A DNA stretch of 64,000 nucleotides from Aplysia californica (lineage: Eukaryota): positions 427,848-491,847 of the forward strand of contig NW_004797656.1 in assembly GCF_000002075.1 (NCBI RefSeq), written 5' to 3'. Both the position numbers and the translations under genes were made by a program. The notes under the pieces were generated by a model. It saw nothing but the letters and a program-made list of their open reading frames with translations, searched no databases and was not told where the DNA came from. Positions 39,246-48,717 of this stretch are shown here, in pieces (the stretch's first letter is position 1; the number at the start of each line of letters is the position of its first letter).

Positions 39246-39737
39246 GAAAAGGTTAGTAAATCTGAATGCAGAATCTAAATGATTTCTCCACCCAAAAACA
39301 CATCGGGTAGCCAAGTTTCTTTCTAACACTCCAGTTAAATACTGAGATATTATCGTTTTTCGACAGAATCTGCTATTGTGTGGTCCACTTTGAGGAGTAT
39401 TTCCCTATATGTGGGTCATCCATATTTTGCCGACCTTTACAACCATTTATTTCTAGATCTAAATCTTCTTCTTCTTCTATCCCGTGGTTGGGGCACCGTG
39501 GCACCACTGCATCTGAAAATCAGCTCTCGCCATCTATCTTTGTCCTCTCTGCTTTCCTCAGATTGTCACCCATCGTCTTTCAAGTCCATTCTATAATTAT
39601 TTAACGCTGTCCTCCCATCTCCTTTTCTGCCTTCCTCTTTTTCTCTTTCCTTGTATGGTTCATTTCCTACTTAGATCTAGACTGCTTTTTCGGTAGTTCC
39701 CAACACATGCCGTTAAACGTAGAAAAGACACATCTTT

Positions 39738-40300
39738 CTGATTGGCTGCTAATTTTAATACTGTGATGTCATCACTTCCTGGGATACCCACATGGAACGA
39801 CGTGTTTTCGGTAACATTTCGGATTTCCTAGATCTAGACTCTAGATCTAGATAGTAGGCCTACTTGGACATGATGGAAGACCGCACGAAAATTGTCGTAA
39901 AGACGAAGGAGGGTTATATCTAAATTTAGATCTAGATCTACCACCTCCCCCCCTCCTGCATTTTTAATCACTAATATATATTTCTTTTTAAACAACCACT
40001 TCAAATCAACTCTACAAATTAGGCCTATAATTTATGGGACTGTTGGTCAGTCGGGAGGAGGAGAAGAGAAAAAAACAAACTGTCCAGGACCGGGATCGAA
40101 CCGCTCCAAAAATCATTGCACGACTTCAAATGCAGACGCGCTGTCTATTCAGCAATCAGAACTTCCGAGAGAGAGGTGTAGATTAAGCATGATATACACA
40201 GACACTTCCATCTTTGGTGCCATGCGGTTGGCTATGTACTTAGATGTAGTCACGTGATTGGAGGGGTATCCTGGTCTGACGTCAAACAAGATTGGCGCCT
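39738..40300. promoter_or_regulatory. Promoter-motif cluster, candidate ATG9 promoter
   Basis: ATTGG (CCAAT) at 39741, 40257 and 40291; TGATGTCA 39764; CACTTCCTG 39773; GTCACGTGAT 40249-40258; TGACGTCA 40277-40284; candidate donor CG|GTAACA at 39810/39811. The ATG9 ATG exon has an acceptor at 47502. Confidence 0.45.
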
Positions 40301-40314
40301 TACCTAAAAACCGC

Positions 40315-41019
40315 GGGTGAGAATAGCGCAGACGAGACTTTTGGCTATTCTCACCCGGTGGGCGTTCACCGCCTAGATCTAGGCCAACCAGTGTTGCGTT
40401 CACCCTGAACCACAGAAATCTACACTGTGATAACAGAATTGTAAAATTCTGAGCCGTGAACAAATGTTCCATTACTACTGTTAGCCTAAAAGTGTGCAAT
40501 TTTGTCTGTGGGCAGTGGAAAGAGAGAGAAAGAGAGAGAGGGAGGAGTAGCGCGAGAACTTCAGGGCAAAACAAAATGGCGACCCGCGTAGTTCGACTCG
40601 ATTCGAAAAGTTAACGCCGTAGCATCTTCGTAGACGACCAAATTAATTTACTTTTGTGTTTTAACATCATTTTTAAACTTTGTTTAGGTCAATTTGATCG
40701 TCCACACTGATAGACAGTGTTCTGAAAGAGACAGAGAGAGAGAAGAGGTGAGGAGTAGATCTTGCGAGAACTTCCGGGCAAAACAAAATGGCAACCCGCG
40801 TAGTTCGGCTCGATTTAAAAAGTTAAATAGCCGTAGCATCTTTGTAGACAACCAAATTAATTTACTTTTGTGTTTTAACATCATTTTTTAACTTTGTTTT
40901 GGTCAATTTGATCGTCCACACCGATAGACAGTATTCAGAAAGAGACAGAGAGAGAGAGAGAGAAGAGGGGAGGAGTAGATCTTGCAAGAACTTCCGGGCC
41001 GGTGAGAATAGCCACTTCC
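40315..41019 (-). mobile_element. Helentron/HINE-like family A element with two tandem ~210-220-bp core units
   Basis: Reverse complement of 42906-43407. GAGGAGTAG unit boundaries at 40542, 40750 and 40970; (GA)n microsatellite. Confidence 0.75.
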
Positions 41020-41031
41020 TTAATGGCATGT

Positions 41032-41563
41032 GTTCCCACCCCCCTTAGTTGGGCCTAGATCTAGATCAATCTAGATCTATACGTTCGATCAGCAGCAAGC
41101 TAAGATATGAAACTTAACAACTACAAAACATCAAATTATAGTAACAGTAACATTCAGGGGGGCATGTTCGGCGCTTTTTCGGTAGTTCCCACCCCCCTTA
41201 TTTGATAGAGCCTGACCTACATCTCGATCTATATGCGTTTGATTCGCGGCAAGCTAAGATGTCAAACCTAACAACTGCAAAACATTAAATTGTGGTAAAA
41301 TTCAGGGGGGCATGCCCCCCTGAAAACCCCCACCTTGTTTTTATTAGGTGAGGGGGGCAAGCCCCCCTGAAACCCCCCTACTCTTGGGGCCAAAACCGGC
41401 GAATAACAAATGCGGGGTGGGAACTACCGAAAAAGCGCCGCATGTTCCCCCACCATAATCCATATTTTTGTTAGAGGTCAGGCCCCCTGAAACCCCCCTC
41501 CTCTTGGGGCCAAAACCGGCGAATAACAATTGCGGGGTAGGAACTATCTACCAAAAAAGCGTC
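41032..41563 (+). mobile_element. Older family-B MITE containing a nested younger family-B copy (41170-41439)
   Basis: The inner copy has intact TIRs and TSD GCATGTTC (41162-41169, 41440-41447); the flanking halves rejoin to a family-B sequence. Confidence 0.8.
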
Positions 41564-42905
41564 TAAATCTGGCTGAGGCTAATGAGAGTGGAAAGACAGC
41601 AGATCCATAGGCAGAATCACTTTCAGTTTCAGTTACACGCCCTAACCCGCTTGGCCTCAATCTTCAACCATCTGACACACTGTCACACACTGCAGTCAGT
41701 AGTACACAGTGAGTACAGCCTTGCCCGCGGCATAAATTTCAATCCCGAATATTCGCATTTGCAATGCATCAAGCAAATCTTTTCCAAAACTTGGACTGAA
41801 CACAACTGAAATTCTAAACAACGTGCATACCTGTGGCTGATTCAGCGGGTTCATGCTTTCCGTATTTTAAAGTTGATTAGTACAAACCAAGTTCAACAGT
41901 AACGATTCTGCTGGGCGCAGGGCTTCCTTCCACCGTCTATAAAACCGGAAGTTTTATTATTTTTAGAGAAAATCCTCCGCACACACGGACGGCTATAAAT
42001 CCGTGCAGAATAATGTGTATTAGGCCAAGATTCTGTTTCATATATATGAAAAAAATATTTGGAAACAAAGACAAGGGCCTATTGCCATCAGAGGAGTGGA
42101 AAAAAACAACAGATTTGGCAATTTCTTTGCCCATCCAGCAAAAAGTTTGTATTGATGTTAAATTTTAATTGATGCCTGTTTCGAATACTGTTGACGCAGG
42201 ATAGAATCCATCTTCAACAGGCTAAGTGACAGGTTAGTCCGCTGTTCACAGGACAGGTGAAGCCGAATTGAGATTTTATTTTGTTTGCGCTTCCGATGAA
42301 TAAAATTAAATAATTATCTTTGTATTAGTCCTGAGGATGATGAAATACTAAATTTCAAAGAAATTTTTGTATCAATCATAGTTCTGATTTATTTACCTTT
42401 GTTGATTTCAGGCCCGAGCCCGAGTCTTGGGCCATTTTCTGCGGAAGCGAATCTTTGTTTTGATCAGCTGCGAAGAAGTAATAGAAAGACCATAATAATC
42501 TTGCCAACCCGAGTTGACGAGATGCACAACTGTTAACCCATGAGACGTAATGTTTCAAATACTCTGATGTATGGCGTAATCTCGGGTATGTGGCTAAGGC
42601 TAAGGATGTGATAGTTTTCTTCAATATTCGTCTTTTAGATGTACATTGTATTTGATTCCTAGACGCCTTGGCATGATTTTTCAGAATTGAAACTGAAGAA
42701 AGGTAACAGTCATCACGCAACAACACCTCGACAAACTGGGACTCGCATGAATAACCTAGTTTGAGGGGTTGCCACCCCACGCCAGCGCCAGCCAACCCGT
42801 TACATCATGAAAAGAATGTGTTGATAATTTTACTTCTTTATTTAGCCCAAATTGAGGCCTAACAGTTATAGTCGCCAATATTTACACCTAGTTTTGTTTT
42901 TCAGT

Positions 42906-43407
42906 GGAAAGTGGCTATTCTCACCCGCCGGAAGTTCTCGCAAGATCAACTCCTCCCCTCTTCTCTCTCTCTCTCTGTCTCTTTTTGAATACTGTCTATC
43001 TGTGTGGACGATCAAATTGACCAAAACAAAGTTAAAAAATGATGTTAAAACACAAAAGTAAATTAATTTGGTTGTCTACAAAGATGCTACGCTATTTAAC
43101 TTTTCGAATCGAGCCGAACTACGCGGGTCGCCATTTTGTTTTGCCCGGAAATTCTCGCGCTACTCCTCTCTCTCTTTTTCTCTCTCTCTCCACTGCCCAC
43201 AGACAAAATTGTACGCTTTTAGTAGGCTACAGTTGTAATGGAACGTTTGTTCACGGCACAGAATTCTACAATTTTTCTGTTATCACAGTGTAGAATTCTG
43301 TGGTTTAGGGTGAACGCAAAATTTGGTGAACGCGCACCGGGTGAGAATAGCCACAAGACTCGCCTGCACTATTCTCACTCCGGGTGAGAATAGAGGTGGC
43401 CTTTTCA
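42906..43407 (+). mobile_element. Helentron/HINE-like family A element (one core unit)
   Basis: GTGGCTATTCTCACCC 42911-42926 pairs with subterminal GGGTGAGAATAGCCAC 43339-43354; 3' hairpin 43369-43393; (CT)n. Confidence 0.75.
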
Positions 43408-43567
43408 GTGTGTCCCGTTAAAATGGCTGTATTATTGTTATTACATTAGAGTTACAACAGTAAACACACATGGTGTGTGTATTTATTTTGTATGGATGGA
43501 AATATTAGGCTGTAGATCTAGATCTAGATGGTTAACCACTGATGGAAGAAATTCCACTTCTTAAGTG

Positions 43568-44549
43568 GTAGTGTTAATTGCGACAGTGACGCTTTGACAA
43601 TTTTAAATGCGGCGTTAATTGTAACAGAGTGAGCACACAGCTCTTTTAATGTTGATGATAAGACTAGAATCTAACATCATCTAGATCTAGATCTAGATCT
43701 ACCATTTCCGCTTCACTTCCCAGCGTCAGCGTGGTGGTCGTAGGCCTAGTTATCTAATCTCCGCCTGACAAGGGAGGCTTTCTAGAGCAGGCATTCAAAT
43801 CTTACGATGAATTTGACAAAGCTTTTGCTAAATTTAAAGATGAAAATTTTGTTGCCAGGAAGAAATCATCTGAAACAGTTGAGAAGGCGAACTTGAAGTG
43901 TGTGGCAAAAATCTACAAAGACTTTCTGTACGGTTATTAGAGTTGAATTCATTTGTACGCATTTATAGACAGCGCAAATATGGAGGCAACAAATATTAAA
44001 AACATCAGCAGCAAACAACAGCGACAAAAACCACTAAGGGCAACATCAGACACAGCCAGAAAGAAGCTGCGACTGTCTTTGATTCTTAGTTTGGTGTGTG
44101 CGTGTGTGAGCGCGGGCATAAGGCCAAAGCGTGTTCGGTGTGTTTGTGAGTGTGTGTGTATGTGTAATTGTATGTGTGTGTGTGTGAGTGCGTGTGTGTG
44201 TTTGTTTTTCTTTTTTCTTTTTTAAAACTTCTTTTTTTTGTCACAGACTCACTCTGTGGGTGGTTGGCGGGTGCTCTGGTGTGGTTTGCTTCTTCTTTTC
44301 TATCAAACATCTATCCTTCTTATCTCCCCTTCTTCTTTTTTATGTTTGTTGCTCCTTTGTAATTCCTCTAATCTTCTGGCGCTCATATGACCTTATGCAG
44401 TTGCAAGCGCCGTAAAACCTCTACTATTACTACTAAAACAAAGAGTCACTCTGTCGCAAATAATGTCGCTTTAATTGTCACAGAGTCACTCTGTCGCAAT
44501 TAACGCTGCTTTAGTTGTCACAGTGTCACTCTGTCGCAATTAACGCTAC
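43568..44549 (+). mobile_element. MULE-like element remnant with repetitive TIRs
   Basis: GTAGTGTTAATTGCGACAG / CTGTCGCAATTAACGCTAC ends, 39-bp subterminal repeats, and peptide QAFKSYDEFDKAFAKFKDENF...SSETVEKANLK resembling the ZSWIM3/MULE N-terminal domain. Confidence 0.55.
44256..44440 (+). mobile_element. Family E retroposon copy
   Basis: GTGGGTGGTTGGCGGG...GCGCTCATATGACCTTATGCAGTTGCAAGCGCCGTAAAACC; flanked by AGA(C/G)TCACTCTGT. Confidence 0.8.
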
Positions 44550-47524
44550 GTTTTTTGTTGGGTTTTTTTTGGGGGGGGGGGGGTATCCTTTATTAGCATT
44601 TTTAAATGTTGCTATACTATTATATATCAAAACAAAGAGAAGATTTATTTTTATAAATACTCTTAGCCTTCAACTAGATGTCAAGATTCCTTTTTAAAAA
44701 TATGTTCTGCCTGGAAAGAAAATGGTGCTGTACTTAGACTGTTACACCCTGAATTCTGAATGGGGAAATTTACAGCTCTACTGAGCGCTCTCATATGACC
44801 TCATGCAGTTGCGAGCACCGTAAAAACTTAGAAAAACAAAAAGACTGCTCTCAGAGATGCTCGGTCTTGAATCGTTCAGCCTTTTTGTATTTGTCTCTAC
44901 TCTATACCTGTATGTGCAGGAATAAGATAAAAGCAGCTCTGTGTGATGAAATTAGACCTTAGTTGATTCAGTTGTTTGTTTTTTTAGTCTGTTGTTTTAT
45001 TGTAATGGGTAGTCTTTTGTTTCCATTTTTTCATTACTTCCTATCAAAAAAGGCTGCCGTTATTCAGACCCCCCCTATATTTTCGTCCCAATAAAATTAG
45101 AGAACAAATTGACCCACTTAGACATGAGGAGCTCAAAAGGATAGCCAGGAAACAAGACTTCTATTTCACGTTACAAAATCTTTCAAAAGAGCTTGATTTA
45201 AAAAAAATACAAAATGACATTATCTGATAGAAATATTATATATGCTTATTTGAAAGAATTCGAAAATTTTCCTATATTATTTATTATTTCCTTTCGAACC
45301 CCAGATCATTCATAACCAGAACGTCTGAAAGGTAATTTAAATGAGTGCAACTACTCATATGACTTATCAGCTTATGAGAGGGGGTCATTCATTTATTCGT
45401 AACACTTTATAAAGAAAGCCATAAAAGATAGATCTAGATTGGTATTTTCATAATTGATTAACATCATTAACACACCCCCACGGTAGTTCTCAGCAAAATC
45501 AACAATATCACTATAGTATTGAAGTAATTCAGTATACCAAATAGTGAGTATTATATAACAAAGCCTTTTAGCTTTTTTGCATAAATATCATTGTGTTCTG
45601 GAAGTTCACAGGATAGTACTTAACTACTGCAATAAATTATTTTTTGTTGGAAAACTAATTAAATAAGAGTCAATCTCTGTTGTTTTTTTTCCTTGGTAGA
45701 TCTCATACAATGTCTAGTATTTGCTCCTACATATCTCACAGGGTTCCCACTCTATGGGGAAAAGGCCAGGAATTTTGTTTTCAGATTTCGCTGTCGCAGA
45801 AACACCATGAAAATGACTGAAAAAGAAAATATGCGGGAGAAAGCCAGGAAATCAGAGGGCTATCCATCATTATGAATAAATGGTGGAATTATTTTTATTG
45901 GGGGGGGGTTACAGCAGCAAGAAATTCCGGTTTAGGGCCAAATTACACAAAATGAGATAGTTACTCTTTAAAATTCCTGGACATGTCCTGAACAATATCT
46001 AGAAAGGTACACAAGCCTCCCTGACCCTAAAGTGGTGTTAGGGGGGATTTTAGAGTGTAGGGTCGAGTCTGTTTAAGATAACATTTGTCAAGTTTGTAAA
46101 AAGAAAAGAAAAAGAAAGCACACCATTTTTTCACGGTTGGTACTATTTTTCTACTCGATTTCAATGAAACTTTCACAGGATGTTAAAACCATACAAATCT
46201 AGCTTTTTATAAGAGGAATTATTAATAAATGTATTGGTTCTTAATTTGTGAGCTTGAAAAGCTGGGTTTTTCCAGTTTTTCTACTATTTCTTTACAGCCG
46301 GAATTGAAACTGCCATAAAATAAAAACTAAATCAGATATCAAAAATTCCTCTCACAGACAGTGTGATCTTTGTCTTTTAAGTGTGCATGCTAAATACGAA
46401 CCTAATCTGTTTGTAAATGAGGTGAGAAAATGGTACCACATTATGTCTCTAAAATCCCATATTGCCGCCATTTCCATGGCAATATTAGGAGTGGTATTGG
46501 CTGAGATATACTTATTTTGTAGCAACCCCCCTTAAGGTTTTAAAACTTTTTGGTGTCAATTTTTCAAAAATACAATCTTAATACCCCACCCCTGATTCAG
46601 ATATTTAAAAAAAAAGTATTTGCCTTTCAGCTAGCCTTCCGAACCCATCCCCACTTTCCCAGTGTATAAGTAAGGAAAAGTCAGATCCTGACAGTCTACC
46701 CCACTATGTCACATGCAGCTGTCTAACTCTGTGCACAGAGTTCATGTTATTGCTCTATGCCACTGTGCCCCTAGAAACATTAGCTGGGAGTAAGGCCAAC
46801 ATTAGTTGGACATGGTGTTAAAAAAATCCTGCAACTTTATGTTAGGGGTGATGGTTTAGGCCAATGTGATCATTTTCTTTTTAATTAACATAAAACGAAA
46901 ACAGATCTAGTTTGAAACTGGAGACAATTAGTTGCAATGTAGTGTAGTGCTGTACAATCAGGATCAAGGGCTTGTGACGAGTCCCCTGTTTCTTTTGTTT
47001 TTTGCAAGTGTCAAACCAGCAGCCAATAAGTTGCCCCCCCCCCCCCCCCTCACATGCGCCTCTTTTTTTTCTTCTTAATTCGACAATGAAATGAGTCTGT
47101 AGAGATCTCTTTCATCCCACCTTGGTTTATGTTACAGTTACCCTACAATCCCTGTCCTTGACACCACTGGAAAGACAACTGTACATAGCCATGTTATGAT
47201 TTTTTAATCTTATATTTCTCCTCTTTTCTTTGTCCTAGCTCTGTCATCTTTTTAAAAAAATCACTTTGAAAATGGTTACAAAATCCTGGATTCAAGTGGG
47301 ATATAAGGCCGGGAAATTTTTTTTCTAAAATGGAGTAGTTCCATTCGCCAGAGGTCTTTCTTGTCGATTCATTTTGTTTTTCTCTGATTGTTCCAGCAAG
47401 TTTGCTGATTTTCTTTCTTACATAAATTAATGAAAGAATAAACCTGCAATTGCTTCGTCTAAAGTATGAGCAAAGTGTTCGTTTCTTTTTCTCCCCATGT
47501 AGGTAAGAACTTATACTAATAAAG

Positions 47525-48659
47525 ATGGCATCAGATTCTGAAGAGATTGAATATCAGTCCCTAGACCAGAGGCAAAATATACCTCTGCTTGACCGAGAGC
47601 ATTCCCAGCACGATGAAGAAGAGGGCAGTGAGATCAACTTTCACGAAGAGCAGGGATTTATGGTTCACATGAGTCCAGATACCAATAAATGTGAGTTTTG
47701 CTCGAATTCCTTTTTGTGCGCCTTGTTAATTTTTCATTCATAATGTCTTATAGAGTTCAGACAAGTGACTATGTTTTCAGTTCAGTGAACAGCATTTTTG
47801 TTATGTAATCAGTTATAATTTTAGTTGAAGCTGTGTCATTACGAGATTGAACAGAAAATAATGAAAGTTGCTATTTTACGGCTAAGACATGGACTTCAAT
47901 AATATAAGCAATATGCATTATAAGTATAAGTCGTCTATAAAAATGTTTGCTCTCATGCCAAGCATAGGATTTTTATGTGACTTGGTTGTAGATTATTTTA
48001 TGACGTCACAAAGGGTGGTTGGAGCTCTGGAGGAAACAAGACGAGAGAAATCCTCCATTTTACATCTTTTTGAACTGTAAACTTGGTGAATCATCAAAAA
48101 TAATCCATGAAAATGTGCAGAGTTTGTGGAGAATCTGCTTGTTCACATAGTACAGTTTGTTGTTGGGTAAGAGAATTTAGTTAAGAGAGAGACACTGTTT
48201 GGAGTGTTGACTCCGTTTTTGTGAACACGAATTCATGGGAATCATGTTATGTTTCACTCTATTTCATCGCTAAAGGTGCCATGTCTCCTTTGTGCAAGAG
48301 AAGAATAAAGGCAATGAGTAAATTTTGTTTTTTTGCCTATCCTATTCCAGCTCAATGGAATCATGTGGATGACCTGGATAAATTCTTTGTGAATGTCTAT
48401 GACTACCACCAGCGCCATGGTTTTCAAAATATGGTCCTGTCAGAAAGCCTGCAGTTGCTGTAAGTGTTTAATAATTCATTGGTAGTTTTCAATCTTAAGG
48501 TGAAAGTGTGTTTGATAACTCTGCAGAAGTTTGAAAGAGGCAGAAATCTGGCTACATTTTTTTTAGTTTCTTCATGTGGAAGTAGATGGATAAATTGATG
48601 CCTTTTTAGAGGGTACAAGGACTCCCCCCCCCCCCCCCCATGCCCCAATAAGAGGGTAA

Positions 48660-48717
<58 letters not shown>

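Noticed and set aside
40542-40990. Tandem repeats as a possible CRISPR-like array
   Set aside because: Units are ~210-220 bp with no unique spacers, there are no cas genes, and the context is eukaryotic.
41838-41856. Minus-strand ACCCGCTGAAT resembling the 28S rRNA 5' end
   Set aside because: Only ~11 nt match, with no flanking rRNA similarity.
42376-42795. 139-aa minus-strand ORF
   Set aside because: Non-ATG start and no recognisable domain; only its last codons look exon-like, so it is not called as a gene.
45895-46534. Possible TTAA-type (Kolobok-like) MITE
   Set aside because: The left terminus is too degenerate to confirm a TIR or TSD.
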